From Takakia lepidozioides (taxonomy: Eukaryota > Plantae > Bryophyta): DNA of 64,000 bases. Below, piece by piece: positions 25,096 to 39,351 of this stretch. Position numbers and translations under genes: made by a program. Below the pieces are notes generated by a model. The model saw nothing but the letters and a program-made list of their open reading frames with translations. It did not search any database and had not been told where the DNA came from. Where the stretch lies: assembly GCA_030704615.1 (NCBI GenBank), contig CM060731.1:72788001-72852000 (forward strand), written 5' to 3'. Each line of letters opens with the position of its first letter. Position 1 is the stretch's first letter.

Positions 25096-25909
25096 TCGAC
25101 TTGTGATGGCTTTGCATTGAGAAGTAGGCTCTGTAAATCTGGTGGACATTAAACAAACTTTAAACTTAAATATTGTTGTTCATATCACATGCCATATGTA
25201 TATAACCACGTTTCATACATCCCCCCCTCCCCCCTTAGTATGTGTGGAATGTTAATTCTATATTATGCATAATTATAAACTCAAAATTCATCCCTCTTCA
25301 TCTACTTAGTTGTTATTTTGTAATATGTAGTTTTTTTCTCAAAAATTATTACCCATTCAAATTTCCTCCAAGAAAAAGATCATTTGTGTCTCAATGAGAC
25401 TTGAGCAACAAGAAGAACAATCAAGCAATATCTATGAATGAGCATTCAAATAAAAATGATGATGAACTTCGCTCTGCAAGCAATTCCATGCAGAACTGAC
25501 CGACGGAACTAAAGAAGGGAATTCAGCCAGTAGTTTTAGAGCGCCACATTATGTGGTGGACTCTTAGCAATGGGATAAAACGTTCATACTATTTAGAGTC
25601 TACTGTCAATCTTTGAAAAATCATAAAACGAAGCTCTACATGATTGTACTACTTGTTTGCTATCTATGCAACAGCGTAATTTCCTTGGTGAATTTTGGCC
25701 AAAAGGCTCCTCTTTTTTGGGGGCTACTACCTTACTAAAGGAAAATGAAGGCATTTTTGTTCAATTTTGTGCCAAAATGGGAGAGATACACGGGATGTTG
25801 TCAGAAAATCCGTGTATGACTGCAATTAGACTACATACGTGGTCGCTTGTGCTACTTTTGAAAAATGGGAAAAAAAATATTATTGTGCAAACACGACATT
25901 ACGCCGTGA

Positions 25910-27585
25910 GCCTATCTGCTACGACTTAGGTGATTATGTCAAACAACTCCCACAAAGGCAACAATGTGCAACTGGAGCAAGTGATGCAAATTGGCACCAA
26001 GACTCTACGCTATGTAAATCATATGGAGGTGGAAATATTAATGGGATCTCATCCGATATACAAAGCGAAATCATCCGAGGTTGTGCTTCTCTCTACCATC
26101 TTACCTAAGCATGTGCGCGCGTTTTTCTGTGACAAAGAGTATTTGGGGCTAATTGCAATTGCGTCGTTCTGTGACAAAATCTTTCGAATTCGTCAAGGAA
26201 TCGAGGATGTTACCAAAGAAGTTTAGCATGCACATAATCTGAGGTTCTCTACAAGTTATTTGATGTATCTAGATGTCAACGTTGTCTCCTGACAGTGGAT
26301 GTCTGCTAACTACGACTTAGGTGATTATGTCAAACAACTCCCACAAAGGCAACGACGTGCAACTGGAGTGCAACGATGTGCAATTATATTGTATTCATGA
26401 TTTGATTTGATGATTTGTTGATTTGAAGTTTGATTTGATGTTGATTTTGAAATAAGGCCAAAGCTTTATACACCGAGATATCTCCAATAAGAATGATCTG
26501 CTTCAGTTCCTTCATCTGGGTGATAATATCAGTCTCTACTTCTACTTATTGTGCATCTTCATCAATTATTACGCAATTAAAAGCTTCAACGATCGTTGAC
26601 CTTCTATGGAGACAGTGCAAAAAAACAATGCAAGCATCCTCCATGCATTCCATCTCCAACCATTCCAGTGATGTATCTAGATGTCAACGTTATCTCTTGA
26701 CAGTGGATGTCTGCTACGACTTGGGTGATTATGTAACAACTCCCACAAAAGCAACGACGTGCAACGATGTGCAATTATATTTGCTGTCTGGGTGATAATA
26801 TCTGTTATTTACTATCTGCTATTTGCATCTAGGTGATAATATCAGTCTCTACTTCTACTTGTTGTGTATCTTCATCAATTATTACGCAATTAAAAGCTTC
26901 AAGGATCGTTGGCCTTCTATGGAGACAGTGCAAAAAAACAATGCAAACATTCTCCATGCATTTCATCTCCAACCAATGTATCTGTCAATTCATAAAACAA
27001 CTCAGTGCCAAAACTTCCTAGTTTTCCAAATCCATTTTCGTTGTTATATCACGGGGAAAGCTTGCAGCGTCTTTACATTCCAGAGTCTGTTGAGGAAATA
27101 AATTTATTCCATTCTTAAACCATATGCTTAGTGACAACATGTGCAATGTGCATGCAAAATTTGGCAGTGAACAGACATCATTTGCACCCAAAACCATATT
27201 TTTTTCCCTCATTTGCACTCCAAGGTTGAGTTCTCTTCAAGTTCATGCATTGTTGATGAGCATATTTCTTAATGTTGCTTATCTTTTGAGACTTTACATA
27301 TGTGATTTGGACATACTTAAGCGCGTGTGGACCAAATATGAGCTTGAACCAAGTTCATTCAATGGGTCATTCAAGTATTGAACACATCTACGTGTTTTAG
27401 AGACGAAAAATTGCATTTCGTTTGCACGTGATTTTATTTTTATTCCGTTCTTAAACCATATGCTTAATGACAGCATATGCAATGTGCGTGAAAAATTTGA
27501 GAGTGAATAAAAATCATTTGGCTCCAAAACCGTATTTTCTTCCCTCATTTGCACTCCAAAGTTGAGTTTTCAACTTCATGCATTA
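25910..27585. repeat. Nested local duplications (probably inside a decayed DNA transposon)
   Basis: acgactt(a/g)ggtgattatgt..caactcccacaaa occurs three times (~25921, 26312, 26716); 26515-26660 repeats at ~26825-26972; 27100-27250 repeats at ~27438-27585. Confidence 0.8.
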
Positions 27586-28787
27586 TTCATAGAGAATTCT
27601 ACAATAGTGAATGAAGAAAACATTTTTTTTTAAAAATTTGTTTTTGGTCCAATATTTTGCACGGATGTAGTGGTGCAAGGGTTGAATTCATAGAACAAAA
27701 CACAACCAAAAAATAATTATTACTTAGCAGCAATCAATCCTAGACCCCCAGGCAAGAGGGCACTTGCGACGCCCCAGCAGGCATGCGACTGCGGGGAATC
27801 GCGACCTCGCCATTATGGCATTTCGGCGACCTCTGGACGTCGTAAACCCCAGCGCGACCTGACTTGGCCCTCCCCACGCGCCTAAGTGTGAGGGGGTGTT
27901 GTTGCGATTCTCGGCAGTCGCAGCCTTGCGGGAGCGTCGTAGAGTGCGACGAACACAGCCGAATCCTCATGTATATCTCGGGTACCACCTGACTCATCAC
28001 TAGCCTCAGGGTCCTTACAGCTTTTTGCTTTCGAACCCTCTATTCCCCAAGGCCCCCACCCCTAGTACTACTCTCCTTTCTTCTCTTGTCAATTGTTTCA
28101 GCTGCTGCAAAACCCCATTATGTTCAGTGCCCTGATAATTTCTAAGCCTCCTCACCTTGTTCTACCGTTGCATCACCTTGGTCCTGCCCACCACATAGCC
28201 CCATGTTCAGCACCTCATTTTTGTCTCTCTTGGGCCCACTACAAATGCTACATAAAAGGTACCCCCATGGTTGTGCCCCACTGCATAGGGCTCTTGTACT
28301 ATAACCCCGATGCGCCTGTTAATTCGCTGGCTCACATCCCCCATCCCTGCCATACTGTCCATTCTAAGTTGTATAATCTCCTCAGATGCACGCTTTTATC
28401 CGTTCAGGCTGCCCACACAATTCCACGCCCAAACCTTTCTACGGACTCTATATCGCTGCTTTCCAATACCGGCCCTACTGCTGCCTGCTCTGCCCTTTTT
28501 GTGCATCCTACCCAATCTGCCATTTTTTTAAAGGATCCCCTTAGCACAACAATGATACCGATATACAATCTCCTTGTTGTTTCACTACCTCCACACCGCA
28601 TCTTCTCTCTACTGTGTTCTGACTATATTTATTCTGCATGTGTGATAAATGCCAACATCCCTGCCACTACAACAAACCCCACGCAAGCCAGCTGTAGGAG
28701 TAATACAGGCTTCACTGTACCAATCTGGAACACATTGCGACTGACCCAGCTTTAGCACCATGACACACACCACACAGGATCAGACCA

Positions 28788-29310
28788 CACTACTACAGAT
28801 TAACGTTTTTATGACTACGTGTGATATAAACCTTGGTAATCATGACTATATGTGTGACTACGAAGTGATGAAACCCATTGTTGGGCGAATTTTAATATAT
28901 TTTAATCTAATGTAGTCATACGTTTTACTACATGACTAGGAGCCGTGGTCAAACAGTGTTGATCAAGAACATAGGCTTGGTTTATATAACTAGTAGTCAT
29001 ACGCAATACTACACGTCAGACACGTGCCACGTAAGCTTATGACTAAATGACTACACCACTACTACACATTGATGATATGCCATATAAGCTTATGACTACA
29101 TGACTATTGGAGGTTTCACATCTCTGTTTCTATGCTTACATCACTACACATGGCATCTTAAGGCATATACATGAATGGGTTCATCCATTGGATGACCTCA
29201 TCCATCTATCTTTAACGAAACACTTGTCATATGTGAACATGTGTCCATTTGATATTGGCAAAATATTGGACCTGGAGCTCGAAGCAGTTTGCAGTTTCAC
29301 TATGTAGTGG
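28788..29310 (+). mobile_element. CACTA (En/Spm)-like left terminus with GACTAC/GTAGTC subterminal repeats
   Basis: CACTACTACAG at 28788 followed by many (at)gacta(c)/gtagtc motifs in both orientations. No confirmed right TIR or 3-bp TSD. Confidence 0.5.
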
Positions 29311-29389
29311 CGTGGGCAAATATCACGAAGTAGTAAGTAGCATACTTCATTGATTTGATATATTCCCCCCTTCATGACATTGATATTCG

Positions 29390-29680
29390 ACTATACAACG
29401 AGTTCTTTTAGTGATGCTGAAGCAGGACAAGGTCACAATTGGTTGCATTTGAAATGAATGTGCGAGCTTGGTAGCCCTGAAATTGGACAGTCTCAAAATG
29501 GGAATAGTACGAGAGGTATTTGTTCTAAACTCTACCTGGATAGACATGTATTTTGAATGTGGTGGCATCAAGGATGACAAGGAAGTGTTCGATGATATGA
29601 CCGAACAAGATGTGGTGTCTTGGAATGCAATGATCGCAGGATATGCCCAGCATGGTTGTGTCAAGTTATTTTACCACTAG
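29390..29680 (+). pseudogene. PLS-class pentatricopeptide repeat (PPR) gene fragment
   Basis: IDMYFECGGIKDDKEVFDDMTEQDVVSWNAMIAGYAQHG matches the plant PLS S/P-motif consensus; isolated and with upstream stops. Confidence 0.85.
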
Positions 29681-30530
29681 TGTGAAACTAGCTACGAAGT
29701 AGCTAGCTTTTACATATTGACATTTGGGATTGGCCCAAGTGTCAATCCAGGGGTCAAGGCAGATTTAGGCCCTGGAGTGGTTATCTTCACGGCAAGCGCG
29801 GGAGGCTCATCTTTCTCGAGTTGAGCCTCACCGCGCCTAGCTATGGCGCCGTAGTGTGGATTCCCTATGGCGTGGGGTGCACTTGGCTTGACTTGTATTT
29901 GAGTGATGAGGTTATATATGCATGAGTTTATGCTTCAGCTTTGTGAGCTCGTGCTTATATTCTTCTTCTTTATCACTCGAGAAAGATGAGCTCGTATATG
30001 TGAGTGCCGGATACGAGTTAGTTGTAGCACTTGTGGTTTTTGCTTGAGAATGAGAGAAACCAGATTGTTATGCAAGGAGCACCGTGAAGCTCTTGGTTGT
30101 TAAAAGCGGAGGTGATGTGGGTTACGAGGTAGTAGACCTTGGCATTCGATCTTTAGCTTCAGAGATGAAAGCACCATGCTGCAGGTAATTCCAGAGCACC
30201 TTGATGGTTTCAGATTGTGTACATGCATGAGCAAGCACGATTGGGAAGAGGACCAGTCAAAAGCAGGTTAAAGTGGCTTTGGTGGCAAAGCTGAGAATTG
30301 GACTTGGGAATGCGAGCTTTCATTGTGTGAAAGATTGCAAGTGGATGTTCTTCTAAAACCACAATACATACTTATATTGTCTCCAAAAAATGTTTGGAGG
30401 ATTATATTGTGTATAAAATAACCAAAATAATCATATATATCGCTTTATTTTAATAATAAATTTTGTTTATTCATATTTCTCATATTATTTCTGGTCCAAA
30501 CAAAAGTCCAGAATTAGTTAAAATAGTGTT

Positions 30531-30676
30531 CTTGTACGAATAAAAGAAGGAAACGAATTGAAGACTGCTTTTCGCAGAAGGTACGGACATTTCGAATACA
30601 GTGTTATGTCTTTTGGTCTAACAAATGCTCCAGCAATTTTTCAACACATGATGAATGACATCTTTCGAGAATTTTC
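30531..30676 (+). mobile_element. Short Ty3/gypsy (chromovirus-type) RT fragment
   Basis: Translates [48 protein letters not shown]. Confidence 0.85.
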
Positions 30677-31063
30677 TATCCCCTCCTAAAACAAACAAAC
30701 AAAAAAGGAGATATCACACTCATCACTCCAAGACTGTCCCTATACATCTTGATGCTTTTCTAAGGCCAAAGGGCCGGGAGCTCTTATAAATCAAGAAGCT
30801 TGACCTGTGGAGGGTTCATCTCTGTTGGGAACAGGCAGGGCAAGTAGTGAGAGGTGGACTTCACTCATTGATTCACATGCAGGGATGTGTAAGAGGAGGT
30901 AATTAAAGTACCTGCTTACCCTTTTGCTACAAGGGAAGTCAAATTTGCTGCTTGAAACTTGTCCAATCGTACATGGACAAGTATGCTGAGTAATTATAAA
31001 GCACCACCAGGCAAGCTGAGTGGAAAATTGCTACCACAAGTAACTGCTGGATAACCTAATGCT

Positions 31064-34000
31064 TCAAAGGTAGTTACGGTAATCCAGCTCTTTAAGGTTG
31101 ACATCCACTTTCAAATCATCCCTGTAAAGGAGAAGGCAGAAAGACTTTAGAAGTACATACAACACAGCAAGATTGATGAAGTGCATGATATGCAAACATA
31201 TAATAAAAAAACCTACTACCAACTCATTGTACCTGTAGTAAATACAGGTACCAACTTCCAAGCATATATAAGGTTGCAAATCCAAAGATTGCCTCTACAA
31301 AGGCTTTCATGCAGGCCTTCTGTGTAGAATATGGGCTTTGCCCAGGATAAAGGATAGGTGGGTGCCCATGTGGACAGCGAAGCATTATTTAATTCTGACA
31401 CAAAGCATCGTAACCAGATAAGTTTCCCACAGCAAAAATTCACTGGTTACTTAGACTAACCTGCGCTTGTAAGTGTCGATCTTGTCCGTGGCTACTGCCA
31501 TGTACTCCTGCAGCTCTGCCTTGGCCAGTGCCCACTCTGCCTCCTCCTCCATTTTTTCAAGCATGTCATCAGCCAACCCTAACCTGGCCGCAAGCCCAAT
31601 TATCCCTTGTCCATGGGATGAGCACTACACAACTGAAACTGGGACTAGAAACATAAAGCACCCTTGAATGAAACATTTACATGAACAGACTGATCTCTGT
31701 CTTGTCAACACATGCAAGGATACTATGTTCTTTCTTTTTCAGCACGAGTAAATTGTGCGTGCAACCCCAATTCTAATACTGCTTTAAATGTCTGTACCCA
31801 GAAATGAAAAGATTTCGATAAAGAGAAGTGTTTTGGTATAAGTTTGTTAACACGCACGTCTTGTTAATTTGATCAATCTCTTTCTTCATTAGTGACATGC
31901 CATTGGCATCATCTTTTGTCAGCCGCTTCCCAATTTGCTTCTCCACCTTGGCTAGGGCCGCAAATGTCAACTTGTCAGCACCCATATCATCTTCAATCCC
32001 CACTCTGGAAAAAAAAGAGAGAACAGGGGAGAGACTGAGTATAGCATGCAAGAAATCCAAGAGGTTGCTGGAGGCTGACACAAACTGGAACAGATAAATC
32101 AGAACATTCCAAATGCTTCTTAACGTGGTCCACACAATTGTTCCAAATGTTGGATATGTGAATTAACATCTACATTCCTTATCAAACCATCTTGGACACA
32201 CCACTTTTCTCGATTCCTGCCCCTTTTTAGACGATCACTGAAGAGAATATACAGACGAGTGATTGTTAGCAATTACAGAGATGCCAGAGGCTTGCAGAGA
32301 GAGTCCCTGCAGAAAATAATCCTTACAATCAGTATCAAACAGCCATAATGTGGACTATCCCCATCATGAGATTGAGTTTACCGGTTGCAAACATGAATGA
32401 CATTGAATCCATGGGCAGGTATTAACAGGAAAAGTAACCCTAATGTATTATACTTACTGTACCACTGCCGCCCCAGTTGCATAAATTTCAGTACCACACC
32501 TTAACTTCTTTACAACAGAACTAATTGTCTGCTTGGCCACTTACAACAAATGGAGAGAGAGAGAGAGTCTTTGATGGACTCAACAACTTGTAATATAGGG
32601 GTTAGACTGTACATACTCATGGCGGAGGTTTCTATAAATCTCCAGAAATGTGCGGACATCAGGGGCATCATCTGCAGCTGACTCCAACAGATCAGCAATC
32701 TTTACTGTGAATGAGGACACCCCCAGTCTGCAGGTTTTACGTACCCACACAATCAAATGGCAAGTCTATCAGAAATACTTAACAACACCCCCAGCGTCAG
32801 TTTTGACAAAATGGATACCATCCAGGAAGGACACAGTCAAGGACTGGGAAGGGCTGGAGGTGGTCCAAGAACCATCCGAGTCTACACATACTTCTATCCA
32901 AACATGACGATACTGATAGTTGATTGTTTTCACTGTCCATGCATTAGCAGTGAAAGCTCTTAGACATGGCCCAACATGTCAAAGACTCCACAACTCTCTA
33001 TAAATGGTTTGTCTTCATGAAATGCCTTGGAGGAGGATGTAAATGCATCACAGACGCACTATGCATTTAGTGTGATTGCATGAAAACATATAAGCTTGCA
33101 GGTTCTACAACGTCAACAAAGAATGAAACAGTTCTCCTATTAAAAAGCTAAAATGAGGCCTTTTGAGTCGTGTAGACAGATATATACAAGCTATCACTGG
33201 TTGGGAGTTCCGAATAAAACTCCTGTGACTTTGATAACATACTTATCTACCTGTAAGTGTGGATTCTTACTTTTCGCGGATTTTATTCAAGGTGTTGAAG
33301 TATGTCTTCAAAGAGCTCTCGTTGTTGGGGTCCAGATCCATCTTGGACTTGGAGAGCTCTGCAATAAAAGCTCTAAATTTCTGCTGCTGATCCACAAAAA
33401 CTGCCTTCACCACATCTTCACACAGAAAAAGTGACCTTATTCAGTTAGGCAATCTCACACTCTCGTAAACATAATGCTCACATAGTCCTCTCGATCTCAG
33501 ACGTGTCTCTCAAACTAAAAGGATAATGTTGACAGACCCGCATTCATCATACACTGCTGGGTAAATGGCTATTTGGGATCAGCGGTCACTCCTCCTGAAG
33601 CCTTATATGCCAGCGAGGTCTGGAGGTCTAGCCTTAGTTCAGACAAATGGTACAAACTACTGATTCTTTCTCTCTTTCTCTCTTTCTCTCTCTTTCCCAG
33701 CTTCTCATGGACATTCCTAGTTTCCTTTCGTTTGTTGTCAGGTTTTAGAGAGGAAGGGGTAGATCCAGATCAAACTTCACTGGAAATCTCCTCAACACCA
33801 AAAAAAAAGTGCCGAGGTGCAAAAATGACCAACTGTGTTATGTCATCCTCGCATGCTGAGGAGTAAGTTGTCACAGGCTTAGTATGAAAGCCAAATTGAA
33901 ATCCCTCGCTGTGATGATTGCAATACCCAGGTTGTTGTAGACAGATGTGCAGAAACTTGGAAACAAAGATCAACAGGCAAAATAGAATAAGATCCTTGGC

Positions 34001-34742
34001 TTTACTCAGTCATCGTCTGCCATGGGGCTCCCCATAGGTGTTCCTACAAAATCCTAACGTACAGCTGACCTGAATACCAAAATGCGAGGAGTACATCCAA
34101 AAAGATCCAGAAAACATGGTTGTTGCAAGTATACCTTCTCCCTTACTTGTTGAAGCCCGGGCTACAACATTCAAGGAGTGAGGATATTTAGTAGCTATTT
34201 GTGAGCCCTCTGCGGTCACGCATCTCAGGCCCCCACACACCTACAACAAAACCAAACGAGGACAGGTTATCTCTGAGTGCCACACTAAGGCTTCTCCTGA
34301 GTTGTTTAAATTCGAACTCCGATGGAACAGAACATGTCATACTCGTAGGTGTCAAGGACATTCGAGGCTAAGCATAACCTTTTGGCGGCCACATTAGGCA
34401 ATCCCCAATGCATTTGGTATGACCGGAAGGTCTGTGAAGATGAGGCAGCGGCAGAAAGCCGACCGCTGTCAGGAGTTCATAATCTGCGTGGGTTGACATG
34501 TTAGTGGTATGCGGTGTGCATGCAACTCCTTGGAAGGTCACTAAAGTGTCCTCGTCAATCACACCTCCATGCGACGGAAAGATTGACTCAAAGATCAGCA
34601 TTATCGACAAAATGGGCAAGAACACAGCAGGAACATCTCGTCCACGACAAAACAAATCTGCACTACCTCCACAACCCAAGAGTTTCACAGCATGACATAC
34701 TCTACGAAAGAGAGACCCGGCATGGCGCCCAGCCGCAGCCAT
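31064..34742 (-). CDS. Mitochondrial ATP synthase 24 kDa subunit (FAd, MGP1-like), multi-exon
   Basis: Exons with GT-AG borders: MAAAGRHAGSLFRR (34742-34701), VCGGLRC.. (~34240-34148), DVVKAVFVDQQQKF..LDPNNESSLKTYFNTLNKIREK (~33415-33271), LGVSSF..PDVRTFLEIYRNLR (~32728-32616), GIEDDMGAD..LAKVEKQIGKRL..GMSL (~32005-31858), LGL..EWALAKAELQE (~31583-31461), RDDLKVDVNLKELDYRNYL* (~31122-31064). Collinear with the recalled Arabidopsis FAd sequence; small exons between 33420 and 34140 are unresolved. Confidence 0.85.
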
Positions 34743-35699
34743 TGATTTCACTCCGATTTCTCTCACACGAAGCTGGACTTGAATTTTCCACCTACAACCG
34801 ATGATTCTTGGTCTTCTCCCATAATCCACAAGAAATTTACGATTCTTGGTCTCCTCCAAAACTCAAACAAATCAAGATCCAGACTTCGAGGGAAAGGTGA
34901 CAACACTTCTGTAATGATTCATTACAACTAAATCCAATGAATCGTAACTGGCACAAGCTGAAGACTGTGATTACTGATAACTGCCATGATGATTCATCCA
35001 TGATGAAAGCAACCCCAAGCGTAGCTGTCTTTTTGCAACCCGGCCTGGTGTACATTGATCTCATTCATTCGAAACAAAACACAGATTAGCTGGAGGAAAT
35101 GCAGGCAGACGTGGAGCTTTACCAGGTTTGGGACGTTGGAATGTAATGGGAACACTGTAGTTGCTATCTTCAATGCTCTACATCGGGGAAAGTTCTCCGC
35201 CAGTCCCGCACAGTAAACTTGCTTTGCTCCTTTAGATCTCTGTGGATCTATGGTGGTTTGGGAGTGATTTTGACATGTTACTGTCAATGTGGCAACAGGA
35301 AAGTATTGAAAAACAGATAACAGAGGGATGTTATAGTGTAACCATGTCTTCAGAGCAGAGCCTGGTAGGAATGTTATACTAAAGCCAAAACACCATCTGC
35401 CCTGTTCCATGATTAGAAGCTTGAATGCCGATGGGCTTAAGAGAGAGAAGAAAAGGACTCTCACCAAGCCAGTGTGAGTAGTAGCCACCTTCCCTTTGGG
35501 TTTCAAGTCTTTAACACTTCTGCACACTTTCACCTTGATTACCAACTTCAAGTTTCTTGCAGGACTGTCTTTTCCAAATCTACATCCAAGCATTTTGTTG
35601 CCCGACTACTGGTCTGATTAATCCTCCAGATGCAGGGTTTGAACTGTGCAGACAGCTATTCATCATGTTGTTTTGAAGTATGATGTGCACCATTCTTTC

Positions 35700-38600
35700 T
35701 TTCCATCAGGACGATATCATTGGACCTTTTGGTGAGGACGAGCTGAATTCTAATGGCAGACGGTTAATTAACTGTCTAGAAGAGCTTCAGCTTTTGACCT
35801 TGAATAACAGGACAAGAGGTGACCAAGTGCAGTGGACTCGTGAGAAACCCCAAACTGGGGAACGTTCCATTGTGGACTATATCATAATGGACAAAATTTT
35901 GTTCCCCCAGTGTGCCAATGTGTTGATCGACAGAACGGATATTGGTATCTCTGACCACTTCCTGGTTTGGACTGAGATCAAAAGGTGTTTTCCCACCACC
36001 AAGAGATCTGTGAAACGTTCGATTCGGAAGTGGCGCATAGAAAAATTCCACAATGAGGAGGTCAAGGCTGAGTACGTCCAGGCCTTGCAAGAGGCTCTCC
36101 CTCATCTTGTCCAATCGCTCCAAGAACTTCAGTCACGCTCTGTTAACGCAAGAAATGAAGTCGAAAGAGCAGTGGACTCTTGGGAGAGTTTCGTTTCCTC
36201 CGTGGCTGACAAGATCATTGGGAGGAAACTAATTGTCTGCGGTAGAGCAGTTAATTGGTGGACTAATGAGATTAAACTCAAGATAGCTGAGAGACGAGCC
36301 CTCTATAAAGAGTGCTGCAATTTGGAAACCAACAGAGAATTGTGGGCGAGGTACTACCAGCTCCGTAAAGATATCAATCAGCTTGTTAGGTCTCAGAAGA
36401 AATTATACTGGGACAAGTTATACAGTGAAATAAACTCAAACCACCATGGTGGTAATGACAAGAAATTCTGGTTGGCCCTTCAACGTTTGTACAAACCGAA
36501 AAACGGTCAGCAAGTACAAGCGCTGAAGACTACTAAAGGTGCAGTGGTGACTTCATCGGTTGACATTGTCAAAACCTTTGAAACTCACTACGTATCCTTG
36601 GCAGAACTTCTAGGTCTAACAGTGAGGGGTTTTCTGCTGAATGGAGGGACACAGTTGGAAAAACTGTTCCTATGATTCAAAACAGCCCTGATGAACTGGA
36701 GTATATTTCAATGGCTTATAATGCTCCCATTAGTTCTTCTGAGATTGTGGAAGCAATTGAACATTTAAATGGATATAAAGCTGGTGGACCTGATGGTATT
36801 GTCAACGAGCTTATCAAGCACGGTGGCGATCCCATGATAGAGACCCTAGTTCTCCTCTTTAACCTTATCTGGAAGACTGAAATGATCCCCTTTCGCTGGC
36901 GACAGGGGGTCATTATCAATCTATACAAGAAGGGTGACAGAGAAGAACCGGGGAACTACCGTGGCATCACGCTCCTCAATGCTGTTGGCAAGACATTCTG
37001 CAGAGTTATAAGTACTCGTCTCGAGGTTGATCTGGAGTCTAGAGGTTGTTTCCACGAAGGCCAAGCTGGCTTTCGGCGAAACAGGGGCTGTGTGGATCAT
37101 ATCTTCACTCTAAGCCAGATTATCCAGGGAAGGAAAAAAGAAGGGAAACCCACTTATTTCTTTTTCCTGGATGTCAAAAAGGCTTATGACACAGTGTGGA
37201 GAGATGGCCTATGGTTCCGCCTCTGGTCTTGTGGGATCAAGGGAAAGATGTGGAGAGTTGTCCACAACTTGTATGCTCACACCAAAAGCTGTGTCACTGT
37301 TAACGGACAGAAGTCCAACTTCTTTGACATAGACCAAGGTGTAGCTCAAGGATGTACTCTCTCCCCTCTGCTCTTCAATGTTTTCATCAATCAACTCCTC
37401 GAGGATGTGGAAAGTGAGGGATTTGGGTTAAGGGTGGGTGATACCACCATACCAGCCCTTATGTTTGCGGATGACTTCGCAGGCATAGGGGAGACTCCAA
37501 CCAATCTCCAGGAGTTGATTGATTGCGTGAAGAGATACTTTGATCTTTGGGGGCTAGAGGCTGATGTCAGCAAATGTGCAGTGGTAGCATTCAACGACAG
37601 AGGAGAGGGAGGAAGTGATCTTAAGTGGCAGTGGGGTAGCCAAGAGATCCCGGTCCTCCCTTCCTACACTTACCTGGGTGTTGAGTTCTCCTCCAATTGT
37701 AATTGGGATGCACATATCCGGAAAGTTGTTCAAACTGGCAAGGGCAAAGCTCTGGGGCTCACTAAATTTTTCCACTGCAGAGGGGTCAACTCTGAGGTTA
37801 AGAAAACCATGCTTTGTCGCGTTATTAGACCTGCCTTGGAGTACGGATCTGCTATATGGGTTGATAACTCCAACCAGGCTAAGTCTCTAGAATCCATTCA
37901 AGTGGGGGTGCTTAAGGAGTGTATGTCAGCATGCTCCAAAACAGCCAATGTGGCTGTTCGGGGTGAGTTTGGCATTCCGTCCTTAAGCTCCCGACGAGAT
38001 GAATTCAAGGTCAGATGGTGGGGTCAGCTGCAACATATGCCCAACACCAGATATCCTAAATTAATCGACTCTATATCTTGGAAACAGGACCGCCCTGTCA
38101 AACAGGCTAAGTCCTGGCAGAAGAGAGTATAGATCCTCAAGGACCTGGACCTGGATCCGCAAGTCTTGACCCTGCTGGATAAATCTGACTTAGAGGCTGT
38201 AGTGTCCTCAGCCATGTCTGTAGCCATGAGATTGTCTGATGAAAATGAAGTTAGGCAGAAACTTCCCTGAACTTGTTTCCAGTCTGTGACATGGGGGAGG
38301 ACATCTTGGATGACCTCAAGGGTCTACCCACTCTCGGCACTAGACTGAAATTTAAACTCAGGGCAGGAAGCCTACCTTTGAACAGCAAACAGAAGCAGAG
38401 AGGAAAGGGAGAGTGCAATTGCCCGTTGTGTGGGCAATCTGAAGACAGTATTCATTTTCTGATACACTGTCCGGGGTTCTCTCACCAAAGAGATGCTCTC
38501 TTCAAATCTATTAAGGGAATTGTGCCTGTACCCTGTTTACCAACTTTGAAAGTCTTGAGGCTGAGCCAAAAGCCCAGGCCCTCCTGAGGCCTAGTTTTTG

Positions 38601-38806
38601 GGCAAATCACACACAGCAGATTGATGCTTGTGTGAAGGGATTTCTAGAGGATATCTGGAAAACCCGGATTAATTCTTTATATGGAGGTAAGTCTTACTAC
38701 CAACGTCAGCCCCTGACAGAGGTAGGTTCTGTCCCTTTTGTTCCCGCTCAAACTAGGCGCGGGGTCAATGGCCACAAGGCTACGGCAAACGACGTCTTAT
38801 GAGTAC
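35700..38806 (+). mobile_element. 5'-truncated non-LTR retrotransposon (RTE/RTEX-like LINE): partial APE endonuclease, RT, C-terminal CCHC
   Basis: SIVDYI and SDH (endonuclease); KAGGPDG, NYRGITLL, QAGFR, GVAQGCTLSPLLF, FADD, YLG (RT); CPLCGQSEDSIHFLIHC. Frameshift at ~36610-36670 and stops near 38130. Confidence 0.93.
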
Positions 38807-39351
38807 AATTTCTTTCAAGCTTTCCAGTCAGTGAACCAGAAGAATATACAAACTATTTGCTTCACAGGTGGGGGAACCTCCTCCACTGCTCTCCAACTGC
38901 AGAAGTACTCCAGATACGCTTTGAAAAAGCATTTATACAAAGATAAATATGTTTCTTCACAAGGGGTTCCTGATCATTGCTACTAATACAAAAAGAGTAA
39001 GAAAACACCTCTTAGAAACCATGATCGTTTGTTCAAACTATAGGGGTAATTACCCCGTGTGCACTGTTGAGCTAAAACAAAGTCAAAAATTACTATCACA
39101 GTGGATCTCCCTGATCCGTCTGGCAAAACCCCATCTGGAGCAGTTGTCGAAAACAGTGAATTGTTGATCATCTATCCAATAATCTCCTCCAGGACATCTC
39201 AGGAAGAGAAGTAATAATAGGTGGAATATACAGCTGCCAAAAAGTGACCATGACGAAGGTGGAATGGTACACATACATCTCAAGAGATAGTTATTCAACA
39301 AGGGCCAATAGCCCCACCTATGGTGCAACATAAGCGAAACCCATTGGCCCG

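Noticed and set aside
28093-28755. 220-aa ORF
   Set aside because: No recognisable domain on either strand; probably decayed repeat sequence.
29681-30350. Possible solo LTR starting TGTGAAAC
   Set aside because: No second copy, clear CA end or TSD in the window.
34994-35593. 199-aa minus-strand ORF upstream of the ATP synthase subunit gene
   Set aside because: No motif, and it lies in probable promoter/5' UTR sequence; unsupported.
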